From assembly GCA_951406725.2 (NCBI GenBank), contig OX597814.1:104842001-104906000 (forward strand): DNA of 64,000 nt, given 5' to 3'. Source of the stretch: Octopus vulgaris. Taxonomy: Eukaryota. Shown piece after piece: positions 42,811 to 55,813 of the stretch. The notes beneath the pieces were generated by a model, which was not told where the DNA came from, did no database searches, and was given only the letters and a program-made list of their open reading frames with translations. The stretch's first letter is position 1, and every line of letters begins with the position of its first letter. The translations under genes and the position numbers were made by a program.

Positions 42811-43780
42811 TTGAGTCATCCCATAAATAATGCGGCTTTTTATACTTTTATTTTTCAAAATTGAGATAAATAAAGTTCGTTCTTAGTATAAATTATAGTC
42901 TCCTTCATTTGTTAGAATGTCCTTCCATTTATCTGTTAGATTTACAACGCGCCTCTTCCAAAATTCACTTGTCCACTACGAAAAATACTCCTCGGTACTA
43001 TTCTGACCTCGTCTACAGAATTCATATTCTTGCTGTCCAAATGGATTTGAATACTATGGAATAAATGATAATCAGATGGGACAATGTCCGAAGAATATGG
43101 TGGCTGGGACATTGTTTCCCATTCAAACTGCTCCAGCCTTTAGAATTTCATCCTCGCTGGTCGTTTTTCTTCTAGCGCTGACAAAATCTGCTCGCTGTAG
43201 ATCTACGTTGTTACCGCTTGGTATGGGTTTAATGTTCAAAGTAGACTAAACCTTTCATATCCCACGAAACAGAAAATAACAACTTACATAGGTGGAGACC
43301 TTCTTTAGCCCGGAGTGCCAGTGTTTCTCCTTTCCCGACCCACTTTCTTCGGAGCTTTACATTTTTATAGAGAACTCATTTCTCGTGACCAGTCACTAAT
43401 CCGTCCAAAAAAGGTTTATTTGTGAGACGTGACGGGAAAGAAGAGCCCACATTCAATCTCTGCGCACGATTAGACTCGGAAAGTTTGATCCAATTTGCTG
43501 ACTTTTCCGATGGTGTACAAGTATCGATGTATGGTTGAATGACCAAATCCAAGCTTCTCTGCTAGTTCCTCAACAGTTACGAAGGGATTTAGTTCCACCA
43601 GGAACGTCCTCGTCGAGCTATCCAGATCTTCCAGGACGAGGCTAGTCTCCTAATCTAGTTTCCAGTTCGAAATTTCTGGAACCACCTTAGACACTGGCTT
43701 ACGTTTATTGTCCGATCCCCATATACTGTATTAAAATTCCGACTTTTAGTTCATGCGATTGATAAAACCGCATTATTTAT
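42811..43780 (-). mobile_element. Degenerate mariner (DD34D) transposon with deletions
   Basis: TIR match ATAAATAATGCGG.TTT / AAAACCGCATTATTTAT; LVTGHEK (TGDEKW) and PPYSSDIVPSDYHLF (YSPDLAPSDYHLF). Confidence 0.9.
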
Positions 43781-44186
43781 ATATAAATGTCTGTGTGCGC
43801 GACTGTATGTTTTGTCAACTGAATAATACGCTAAAGAGGCCTAATTAAGCCGAAACATCTCATTTGTCTTCCCATATTATAATGAAATAACTAGTAATTT
43901 TAATCTTTGTATATATGGTTATGTGTACACATACATTGTATGTATACGAGTATTTATTTATAATCTATGCAGATAATAAACGTATAGCATTTTATATATA
44001 CATACACACATGTATGTATGTATGTATGTATGTATGTATGTATGTATGTATGTATGTATGAATGTATGTATGTATATATATATATATATATATATAAATA
44101 TAGATAAATACATACATAAAAGCATTTATTGAGAATGAGAGATAGAAAGACGTGAGAAAAATAATGACTAACCCAATACTACCCCC

Positions 44187-44269
<83 letters not shown>

Positions 44270-44699
44270 TGAGTGTGTGCGGGTGTGTGTATATGGGGAG
44301 AGAGAGAAAGACAAAGAAAAAAGAGCGAGAGAGAGCGAGACAGACAGACAGACATATGCCGCATCCCTTCTTTAGAATCTATTACATTTTGTTACAATAC
44401 GTTATATCCTTCACTACAGAGCACTGCCGCCATTGAACCAATCAATCACTGCAACGGTGAGTTCAATAGCCCGTTTCGTACTGAACAACATCAATGTTGT
44501 GCAGTTACACTTTTACAATGTTCCAATAATGTCCTTCATTTGAACAACATTCACTCCATTCTGATCGCAGAATTGTAAAACCGTAGCCGCTGGTTATTTC
44601 GTAGGAACAACACAGAAATAGAGGAAACGACAACTGCACAAGGAAGGTAAAAATTGTAGCTGTACATGCGTATATAAATACACAATCATCGATATATAC

Positions 44700-44752
<53 letters not shown>

Positions 44753-45249
44753 CATGCGTGTGTGTGTAAAGATAAATATATGTATACAGCCGTATATAAT
44801 TATATACATATATGCATTCGTAGAAACATGCGTATATATAGAAAACCCCGCTTGTGTTTCTCTGTATTTGTTGCACTCTACATGTGTTTATTAGAAGCCG
44901 ATTGGAGAAGTTCTATACAAGAGACACGTCTCGCATTAAGTTCAAGTGAGTTGTATTACTTACCATTCCATAGAACAGACAATGTCAGGTGTGAAGAGAA
45001 TGCCAAAGAGATCAATCCAGCGAAGGGAGACAGACGAACGGTAAAGGAACAAGAATTGTATTAATGCTGAATGAATATTTTGTCAAAGAACCATTACGCG
45101 GTATATTCTTAATGTACGCCACTGCCAATATAAAACTTGCATTCATAGGTGGACATAGACAAAGCATGCGCCGTGCTTATGGTTTTGTGGTTGGATGAAA
45201 ATCTATACGGTAAGACAGGCAAATTAATGTTATAAAGAGAATATGTATG

Positions 45250-45283
<34 letters not shown>

Positions 45284-45347
45284 TGTATGTATGTATGTAT
45301 GTATGTATGTATGTATGTATGTATGTATGTATGTATGTGTGTGTATG

Positions 45348-45458
45348 TCATTGTTCAGTTTTATTTCAAGATTTCTTGCCAATAAAGAAAGAACCGGTTT
45401 CTAGCCTAGATTCAAGGCTCCTTCATAGGTATTTCAACATCAACAACAGGGTATTTTT
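45348..45458 (-). mobile_element. Short 3'-UTR fragment related to the RLE element at 4268, embedded in (TATG)n
   Basis: TAAAGAAAGAACCGGTTTCTAGCCTAGATTCAAGGCTCC resembles TAAAGAAGGAGCTGGTTTCTAACAAAGATACAAAGTTCC. Confidence 0.55.
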
Positions 45459-46011
45459 GTATGTATGTATGTATGTATGTATGTATGAAACCGTATGAAT
45501 GTAACTGTATATGTATGAGTGTGTGTATATATAATATGTATGCCTGCATACATACCACCCCCAAAAACGCATAAAATCTTCAACGCTTGCCAATGCCCAA
45601 CGCAGAAGAAGAAGAAGAAGAAGAAGAAAAAGAAGAAAGAAAGAAAAGAAGTAGAAGTAGGGGAGGAGGAAGTGGAGGAGAAGAAGAAGTAGAAGAAGAT
45701 GAAGAAAGAAGTGAAGTTGGAGTAGGTAAAGAAGAGGAAGAAAGAGAAAGAAAAGAAATAGACGGGAGTAGATTGTTCGTGGAATATTCTTTAATGGTCA
45801 AATGGTCTAAAAGTGACTTGTTGGTCGTAGTTGGAATTGTTCTAAATTCTTGTAGTAGTTTCGTCTGTAGTGGTGGTGGCATTCAAGACGAGTTTATATT
45901 TTGCGATAAACTACGCTTAATGCTGCTTAAATCATCAATTCTCTGTACTCATACTATTTCTTCAGATTTGCTACTAACTTCCAAGCATTCACAAACGAAG
46001 AGAGAGAAAGT

Positions 46012-46016
<5 letters not shown>

Positions 46017-46056
<40 letters not shown>

Positions 46057-46243
46057 TATTTGAAGACTATGGAAGTATTGGCAAAAACTTTTCACTTAAT
46101 TTTTTCTCCAATTTAACAGTTTTTAAAAAAAAATTTACTTTTGGTCGAAAAAGTCTAAAAGACGGAAACCGGTACTAAAATGTACTTCATGATTTTATGT
46201 ACTTCATGAAATTATTGTAGCATTTTCTATCTTGTCTTATTTT

Positions 46244-46297
<54 letters not shown>

Positions 46298-46494
46298 TTA
46301 ATAAGGGTGAGAGAATTAGATACTAATTTAATAGTATATCTATTCAACACCAAGTGGCCTAGTGCTCCGAGAAACCTGGATTATTATAATATTTTATAAT
46401 ATATTATAATATTTTTACAAAATAAATATAGAGAGTGGAGCACCAGTATCAAAAGGTTTCAACCAAAATACATGTTTCCCAGAGAGAGAGATAC

Positions 46495-46526
<32 letters not shown>

Positions 46527-46714
46527 TATTTGAAGACTATGGAAGTATTGGCAAAAACTTTTCACTTAATTTTTTCTCCAATTTAACAGTTTTTAAAAAA
46601 AAAATTTACTTTTGGTCGAAAAAGTCTAAAAGACGGAAACCGGTACTAAAATGTACTTCATGATTTTATGTACTTCATGAAATTATTGTAGCATTTTCTA
46701 TCTTGTCTTATTTT

Positions 46715-46762
<48 letters not shown>
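46017..46762. repeat. Near-perfect direct duplication with ~470-bp offset
   Basis: Unique cores 46054-46250 and 46524-46720 are identical except one A in a homopolymer; each is bounded by (GA)n and (TA)n. Confidence 0.92.
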
Positions 46763-46764
<2 letters not shown>

Positions 46765-47220
46765 GATTGCACACTTGCATACACACACAATTTTGTGTGC
46801 GCATGCAATCATAGTCCTAATAGAAGAAAGGAACGAAAAAAGAGCGACAAAGATAAAAGGAAAGAACGAATTAGTTCGTAGAGAGAATGTAAAGTTCTGA
46901 ATTAGTAGTGATGCATAGAAAACATTTCAACAATTTGCTTTTCGCTTCACAAATGCGAACGTAGAATTTCTCGTCCAAACCAAACGGTTGGTTTATCGTT
47001 TGGATGAACAGAAGACACAATATGGACGACTTTTCAAGGCGTATAGATATAAAGACAAGATTACGAACGACTTTCTATTTCTCACACTTTTTTCTAGTTT
47101 CAACATCTGTGTGAATCTACACACACACATACAAACATCACATCTACAACCATATATGCGCGTTTGTTTGTATACATGTATATATATATATATGAATATA
47201 TATGTATATATATATATATG

Positions 47221-47251
<31 letters not shown>

Positions 47252-47409
47252 CTCTCTATATATATAAATATACATATATATGCGTACGTGTGTGTAAGTG
47301 TATCTGTATGAGTGTGTGCATCAGTTCTTTTTTTCAAGTGTGTGTATATAGTGTTATATATGCATACCAATATTTACATACATACCTACACACACAAACT
47401 CACACACAG

Positions 47410-47468
<59 letters not shown>

Positions 47469-48252
47469 CACACACATATATATATATATGTATATATATA
47501 TAGATAGATATATATACATACATATATACACAGACATACTTGAAGAGAGTTAAGTTCTCTTCATATATAATATATGCCAATGTATGTATGTGGTGTCTAT
47601 ATATAATATATTTGTATAATGTAGCTCTCGTTCGCAAACTGATGATAATTGGACAAACGACCGTGTCACATAAACACTGTAATAATCGATATAAACTGCG
47701 CAGTGACTTGATGAAATCAATGTTTACAATGAAGTTTGTGAAAAAGTCATTTTTTATCTCCTATAAAATGTCAAACTGATATTTTATGTCACTTTTTATG
47801 TTCCGTATTTTATTTATACTGGTATTTTATTTACTACGTTCGTTCAGTGAGTATTTTACTCCGTTTAATGTATATTCTATGGTAGGTAAGTTCTCTTTGC
47901 CACACATTGTATGTATATACGTGTGTGTGTGTGTGTGTGTGTTTGTGTATACAAACATTCTTTCCGAGTTATTTAACCGATACAAATGTATGTAGATATA
48001 TTTTATTTTAGAAAAAAAAATTCTTATTTGCATTAAATGATCCATATATGTATTGGATTTTATCTGACCAATGTCTGGTACCACAATGTAATTTTACGAC
48101 TTTTCCATTAGTTTTAGATTTGTCATTTTTCGATTGCTAAACAGTAAATAAATGTATTGTGATTTCTGTGGAATTTTAAGTCGAACACATTCTTAAATGT
48201 AATTCTTACCAACATCAACTGGCAATGGAAAATATTTCTACGAACTTACCAT

Positions 48253-48254
48253 AA

Positions 48255-48338
<84 letters not shown>

Positions 48339-48339
48339 T
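48253..48339. repeat. (ATT)n array abutting the 3' end of a Dong-like element
   Basis: Direct reading. Confidence 0.95.
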
Positions 48340-49900
48340 CCATTCTACTTCTCAGAGCTTTCGATTCTACTTGCTCCGATGAAATCTATAAGAGCAGACA
48401 GCAACCTGTTGCCAAAGGCCTCACAGGGTCTCTTTCCATGATACTTAACACCCATACACCAATCTCAAAGTCCTTGCCGTCCCCAGTAGAGCAGATTCTT
48501 TTAGCATGTTCTGCTCTCATGTCAATTCCAGTTTCTCCGACATATTTCAAAAACTTGTTGGTCAGTTCCTTTATAATTACTGCGATGACAATTGCTTTCT
48601 TCGTTGGTCACATTCGTGCAATTTCGTCATTTTGCGGCTTGTATTTTTCCATCATTTCCGGCTCTTTGTCACTAACTCGTGCGTCCCCTGCTATGGCAAT
48701 ATCAATGGTCTTTCATACAATACAATAATGTCTGGTATCCAAGCATCAATTCCTGAATGACAATGGATTGTAAAATCCCATAATATCTAATATTCAATAT
48801 TCTCACTGACGCGTTCTTGTTCTTGTTCGTACCATTTCTCACACAATTTCACACAAACGTAGCCACGTTTTGTATCTCCTTCTCTATTTCTTTTGGGCCA
48901 GTTTCTTACACTCATCACAATATGTGGGATTGTTTCGTTTTTGCTGCCACACATTTTACAAAAGTGTGATTCACTGCTCTCACCTATTTGGAACTTAGTG
49001 TAATTATTTAAACTGAGCTTGTTCCTGGGTGCTGCATATCAATGCTTCACTGTATCCTTTCACATTACTTTTCCTTAACCACCTCCAGTTGTTGGTCTTG
49101 TCTTTCCCCCCGATTCCTCTCAGGTATTGCCTCTGCATCGTTTACATTTTCCATTTGTTTAAACTTTGATCTTCGTCTTATTTCGTAAATGTTTTGGGGC
49201 GTGTCACATTTTCAGTCGGCATAGTATTGCTATTTCTAACATCGACAACAAAGGTTCGATCTGGTGTTTGACTACCATCTCAGACAGTTTCTCTCGTTGA
49301 TAACACAGATCTTGCATCCCATGATATCTCTTTCTCCTTTGTATCTAGGCACATACAGTCTATAAATATCACTTTTAGGGTGCAGGTCCTTGTTCATTGT
49401 CATCACTTACCTGCTTTTTCTATCTGTTTCCTCAAGCTCGTTCTTTGTTCACCTAATAACATCCGCGCCGTATTGCATTTAGGAGACAGCCCATATATTC
49501 ATTGCGCTGATCTTATTTTTTCCATTGAGTCTACTCACCATTATTAGTTTGATTCTTTTGAAGTATTCTCACCTAAAGCTTTCCTTCATCTCACTCTCCT
49601 TCTATCCTCCAGACTCCGGAATACCCAGATACTTATATCCATCCATCTCAACATCCTTGATTCTCTTCCCGTTGGTTAGTTCTACACCATCATATGACAC
49701 TACTGTGCCTTTATTTTATGATGACCATACCACGCATTTTAATCCCAAATTCCGTCCCGATATCCTTACTGACTGTCTGCACTGTTGAAACCAGACCATC
49801 CACTTCACGTTCACTTTTACTGAAGGTCTTTAAGTCATCCTTATATTACAGCTGATTTACTTTTTCTCCAGTTTTAAGGTGTACCTGGATCTCATTTTGA
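48340..49900 (-). mobile_element. R4/Dong-type non-LTR retrotransposon 3' half (RT end, CCHC knuckle, RLE)
   Basis: NQL*YKDDLK, YKYLGI, CKMCGSKNETIPHI..CKKLAQK, ILWDFTI, PDIIV, IDIAIAGD and SALLGTARTLR. Confidence 0.9.
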
Positions 49901-49924
49901 AATAAAACTGAATGTATAAGATTG

Positions 49925-50265
49925 TATTTACATGGAGAGGAATTTACGTAAAATAAGTGGGATACCCTTAAGCACGAGCTTTTGCTATTCACTTATTGTG
50001 GCGTTGCCAGGAATTTGGTCTGCTCATTTGTTTACTCATTTTCATATCACTCCAAGTGCCCTGATGTCAGCAGACAATGCTTTTGCATTAAAATGCCACA
50101 TTCTTCTGATTTCTATCGCCAGTTCTTTATATCTGCTCAATTTCTCAAATGTTTTCGGAGATGTGTTTTTGTTAGCTGGGACTGTAAGATCCATCAAAGT
50201 ACATGTCCTTTCAATATGATTTTTACAATGGTATCTGGTACGTTTGTCCGAATTTCCTAATCAGT
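49925..50265 (-). mobile_element. Second R4/Dong-type RLE-domain fragment
   Basis: NVPDTIVK, CTLMDLTVPANKN..EKLSRYKELAIEIRRMW..ALGVI..ILRKFLSM*. Confidence 0.85.
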
Positions 50266-50290
50266 TTCAACACTGGTATTCCAAACATTA

Positions 50291-50522
50291 TGGCGGCGAG
50301 CTGGCAGAAACGTTAGCACGCTGGGCGAAGGGTTTAGCGTTATTTCGTCTGCCGCTACGTTCTGATTTCAAATTCAGCCGAGGTCGACTTTGCCTTTCAT
50401 TCTTTCGGGGTCGATTAAATAAGTACCAGTTACGCACTGTGGTCGATATAATCAACTTAATCCGTGTGTCTGTCCTTGTTTGTTCTCTCTGTGTTTAGCC
50501 CCTTGTGGGTAGTAAAGAAATA
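50291..50522 (+). mobile_element. SINE family B, full length, with a perfect 16-bp TSD
   Basis: GGTATTCCAAACATTA at 50275-50290 and 50523-50538; tRNA-like head GGCGGCGAGCTGGCAGAAACGTTAGC. Confidence 0.95.
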
Positions 50523-51189
50523 GGTATTCCAAACATTACGTCGATAGCAACTAATTAATATTGTATATTATCTTAGCCTCTATTCTTGAGCCTTGTGATA
50601 ACATATGCACATTTCACGATTTAACTAAACTACAGAACGCTGCAAGACTAGACTAGACTTCTACATTATTAAACTAAAATACGTCGTATAGCATTAAGAT
50701 GATAAACACTAAAAATATATAGAGATCGCGAAATATTGATAATTTGTGACTAAATTATTCCAGAGATAAATGTAAACTCCTGCCATAAAAGAATTGTGGA
50801 ACCGCGAATAGTTCTGGAACCAAACTCGTATTCGTCACCGCGACAGAAACGAATGGTTACGGCAATTCTAGAGTTAATATTCCAGCAACAATTATTCCAT
50901 GAACTTGTTTACAAAGTCAACAACATAAGCTACAAAAAAACAAAAACAAACAAATCAACAACATTATAACGGACAGCATGCTACATACTGACTGTGCTCA
51001 TTTCTTTCTTATAACTAAAAACTTGTTAGGATTATACTTAAAGATTTTGGCCGTCTGGCATGACATACCTTGATTATTGGGCTCACCTCAAAATGCTGAA
51101 ATTTTGTTATCTCCAACGCCGCCGTGAGCGCTATTATTTGTATAATGTGGAAAATATTCCACCAATATTATCCAAATGATGTAGGTATT

Positions 51190-51545
51190 GAGTTTATGAG
51201 TCATCCAAGGCTAGTGCCCCTCCCTTTCCCCTACAAATGTCGAGTTCACATCATAAAAGAATGTTGTGACACAACAATTTTTTTTCAAACCTCAAATGGT
51301 CCTGATGTAGTCAACGTTAACCTGAAAGAAATCAAAATAGAAAATAATCTAACTTTCGAACGGTACCGGGACAAATTCCTCCAAGAAGTACCGGGAATAT
51401 TACCAACGACAACTACAACAACAGCTCTTTACTAGAGTGTTCCATGGTGTCCCGAAATATGACTTAGAAGATCCAATGGGGCTATTAAGTTAGCCATGGT
51501 CTGGGCCGATAGTAGCCGAAACCAATCTAAGGTATCTAAGTTATG
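51190..51545 (+). mobile_element. CR1-group LINE 3' end, copy 3, diverged
   Basis: HPRL, DKFLQEVP, GCTATTAAGTTAG.CATGG and (TCTAAG..A)2 tail. Confidence 0.7.
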
Positions 51546-52849
51546 TTGGTAACTTAGATATTTAATTAAATTCATGTGATACGTGTCGGTCGTAAAGTTG
51601 TTATATTTATTGTACAACCTCACAGTAAAAGTAAACAGTCAAAAGAAACATGTCAAAATATTTTGATTTGATGTACGAAACGTGTACAGCACCTACTTCC
51701 TAAACCCATCACGGGATCTCAATTTTGAAAGATGATCTATCAACACAAACTGACAATTAGTAACATAGTTCCAATTATGACATTTTATTGAGCCGTCTTT
51801 AAAGTTTTCTTTCTCTTTTTCTTTGTCTTTTAATCATATTTTCTTTTACGTTCGTTTCTTACAGAAACAACAAAAACACTTCCAAGATAAACTGAACATC
51901 GTTCAAAGACTTCTGTTAACTATCAGTTTACATCAGCTCCGTATTGCTGAGATGTGAGCTGACAAATATCATTTAGGTTGATGACAGATGTTCCTCAGTG
52001 TCAACACTCCAATATACTCTACTCATATTAAATAAACAACTTGTCAAACTTTAGATGCCTAATTAGAATATCTTCCATATTCGATTAGTTTAGTATCAAT
52101 CTACAGGTTCACTGTGTTCGACACTGCTACGAAGGCCATAGCGTGAACTGCCTAAATCAACTATAGTCGCCTGTTCGAAATCTACCACTAACTGTTACGC
52201 TGTGTCGTTTAGTCAAAGGAAAAATTATCGGCTTTCCCGATGTCAAGAAAATCCAAATCACGTCTCACTTTTTCAGTAATGTATTATCGAAAATATTTGA
52301 AATTCACGGCCATTGAAGTGATTTTCTTCTCTGAATATAATCTTCACAGTAAGGAGCGAGTGGCTATTCAAGTCTACTTGCTACAAGCAATTTTGGTTTG
52401 AAAGTTCTGCGATGGGAAATTTCCCTTCGTTTAACCAGAATAAAACAGTAAGTTTCAGCAATATTCTTCAAATCTCTAGTACAGTGGAATCGGTACAAAA
52501 ACTGGTAACACAGTTCAGATTTATAGATTCTATTTGGGGTTTCAGCTGAAATCCCTCTGGGTACCCCTTTGCCTTTCATCACTTCAGAGTCGAACGGATG
52601 TAGACGAACTATCCCGAGGGGGTTTTGTATAAAAGAGTAGAAAATTAACGAAGACGATTCACATTGGCCTTTTAATGTTTGCACTAATTTCACCGCCATA
52701 GTTTTTTTTCTTTTACAACTATTTCAAACTAAGTACAAATTTTGAGTTCATATTGTAATTACAATTTCATCGTTTGCCTTTCGACAGAAACATGTCTGTC
52801 TGTCTATTTATTTATCTGTCTGTGTTTGTCTGTCTGCCTACCTGCCTTC

Positions 52850-52994
<145 letters not shown>

Positions 52995-53714
52995 TACACA
53001 TATATATATATGTTATCATTAAATTACATATGAATACTGGAATCGATGCTGTCCGGATTCAATCATTTCATCCCTTTCATCTCATCTTCTTCGACCATTT
53101 ATTTGCGGGGAGGGTCGTGTGCGTGTGTGTGTGTAGGGCAAAATCTTGAGCGTGTTGAGTGTGTGTAAGAAGATGAAGACTGCTTATAATAATAAATAGA
53201 TTCTACTTAGAAAGAGGATGCAAAATACAGCTTTTCACACGCTGTAAGAAATCAAATCCTTTGGATAACAATAAAAGCTAAGTGGTCGTGAAACAAAATT
53301 GCAAGGGTATCAGAAACGCGTCTGCAATGTCGTGTGTGACGCTTAGTCAGAAAGCATATTTGGACTTACTGTTACAAATTCATAGTAGCAGTCAACGAAT
53401 TGTCTGGTAAGCTGTGTGGCGTTAAAGTTAGTTGCTGAACAAGTCACCATGATAGGGCAGAAAAACGACGGTGGTCTGAAATCTTTAAGGCAGGCATTAC
53501 TATAACGACGGTTATAAGAAGATGGCTAGGCAAACATCGTTAGAATGACGGTAAATACATGTGGTCTGTGGACTTAGGCAGAAGAGAGATATTAGCTCTC
53601 CTTGGTATCCAAAATGGCGACAGCGAAAGACTGCCCCAAAACACTTGAAAATATAGGTGTCAGCTGCTACGCCACCTGATGGCGTTTACCAGCAAAGGGA
53701 CGTAATTCAGCTAT

Positions 53715-54175
53715 CCTGCTATGCTACACCTCCAACGTGTCATGCAACAGGTTGGTCCTATATCAGAAGCGACCGGCTCCAATAGATCCGGGTGGATCCC
53801 CAAGCGAGACCAATCGAGCTTATGAATGTTATCCAACCATCTTTCTCCTGGCTTTGACCCTGGGTCTCCTACTGTTTGGTTCTGTCCGTAAAAATCTGTG
53901 CAACATTCGGTCATTAGAAGCGAGGCAGGGGTAAAAGCCAAACTCGCTATCTTGCATCCAGTATTCGTGCCGACCCTTCCCAGTGGACGTGAATCATGGG
54001 GGATGGCCGAGAGAATACGATCGCAAATACAAGCGACCGAAATAGGGTTCCACAAAAGGGTCTTTTGAACAACGTTACACAACAAAGTGCGTAGCTCAGA
54101 GATGAGGGAGGCTCTCCCGGTTGACCCGCTACTTCTCCGAATTGAGAGATCACATCTCCGATTCAATGGACATGC
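53715..54175. mobile_element. RTE-clade LINE 3' end with an internal inversion
   Basis: Plus strand 53925-54175: KAKLAI..FVPTL..ESW..ERIRSQIQATE..VRSSEMRE.L.VDPLLLRIERSHLRFNGH. Minus strand 53915-53715: RRPR..RWLDNIHKLDWSRLGI. Confidence 0.85.
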
Positions 54176-54183
54176 CTTTAAAA

Positions 54184-54553
54184 TCGCTCTTTATATAAAG
54201 CTGAAGTTGTCTGTGTATGGCAGGTTTGGTAGCCTTCAACTAACACTATCTCCTTCGAAACCCTGCGGCGCAAGTTGATCAAAATTGAGAGTATGATAGA
54301 AGAAGGCTTGCTCTTCAAATCGGACCATGTTAACACCAAAAATTATTTACATCAAAAAGGTGCTTTTTTCTATGAAAATCCCTATTTTTTACGATTTTTT
54401 TACTGCTGTGCCGCGATTTTCCGGTGCATTTTAACAAGAAAAATGTTCACTTAAAGAGAATAACAAGCTACATAATGCAAAAGTTTTACTTTTCAAAAAG
54501 TCCAGTCCTAAAGGGTCGAAACAAACCCGAGCAACGCCGGGCGATACTGCTAG
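54184..54553 (+). mobile_element. Non-autonomous Helitron (~370 bp)
   Basis: A|TC start, subterminal hairpin CCCG(A)GC-AAC-GC-CGGG at 54526-54541, CTAG|T end, no TSD. Confidence 0.85.
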
Positions 54554-54804
54554 TATTTAAAATAATCTTCGATCACATATCATAGATATATGTGTGTGGG
54601 AATCTACATGTCAAAAAATAGACCCAATGTTTCCTCTGCGTTGAGGTAGGATTTGTACACCGACCTCGTAAAACCCTCACCAGCAACGACTACCCAAAAC
54701 AGACCCATGGTTTATAGGGTTGTCGCCTGAGTGGTGCAAATGTATCACCCGCCAGGCGAAGGGAATCACCAGTTAATGGGGGATGCAGTGACGTGCTGTC
54801 TCCA

Positions 54805-54830
54805 TACTACTACTACTACTACTACTACTG

Positions 54831-54905
<75 letters not shown>

Positions 54906-54974
54906 TTGCTGCTGCTGTTGCTGCTGCTGTTGCTGCTGCTGTTGCTGCTGCTGTTGCTGCTGCTGTTGCTGCTG

Positions 54975-55028
<54 letters not shown>

Positions 55029-55103
55029 TTACTACTACTACTACTGCTACTGCAGCAGCTGCAGCTGCTGCTGCTACTACTACTACTACCACCACTACTA
55101 CTG
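54805..55103. repeat. Compound trinucleotide array (TAC)n-(TGC/TGT)n-(TAC)n
   Basis: Direct reading. Confidence 0.95.
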
Positions 55104-55282
55104 CATGTCATATTAAATATGAGTACAGCAGACAACTTTAAACGTGTTTTTAACCAACAGTAAACAACTGTTTACAACAGTAAACAATAACTCAACCAAC
55201 AGAAAAGAACATTCGACATTGATTAATATTGAACACCAAAATTCAATATAGTCATTGATAAATGTATTATATTGTTTTATTC

Positions 55283-55475
55283 TTAGACTGCGGCCATGCT
55301 GGGGTACCACCTTGGTAAATTTTTAGTCAAACGAATCGACCGCAGCAGTTGATTTTTAAGCCTGACTTTTTTACTATTTACGGAGATGTAAACATGCCAA
55401 CACCGGTTGTCAAGCGGTGGTAAGAGACAAACAGACACACACGCACATACACACACACAGACACAAACGGACACA
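55283..55475 (-). mobile_element. SINE family A 3' fragment
   Basis: GACTGCGGCCATGCTGG..CGGTTGTCAAGCG. Confidence 0.8.
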
Positions 55476-55760
55476 GTCATGCACGCATATAGATGCATAC
55501 ATACATACATACATACATACATACATACATACATACATACATACATACATACATGCATGCATGCATACACACAATATATATACATACATACATACACCTT
55601 GCAACTTTTTCAATTGTTTTGACTCTCAAAACTATTGAAAAAGTTGCAAGACGCAACGAAAATTTTAGGAAAATAAAAATAAGAAATAAGTGGAAATTTT
55701 ACCGGTGAGTGTGTTACATTATAAGGCACAAAAAGAAAATGACCCTCCCGAGACACAACA

Positions 55761-55813
<53 letters not shown>

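Noticed and set aside
43830-43870. CTAAAGA-GGC/GCC-GAAAC..GTC
   Set aside because: Core mismatch and no stem I; at most a relic.
45587-46063. 158-aa E/R-rich ORF
   Set aside because: Built from (GAA)n and (GA)n repeats.
52364-52699. 111-aa ORF with a good ATG context; NIKRPM (HMG-box-like) in another frame
   Set aside because: No recognisable domain, and the HMG similarity ends at a stop codon.
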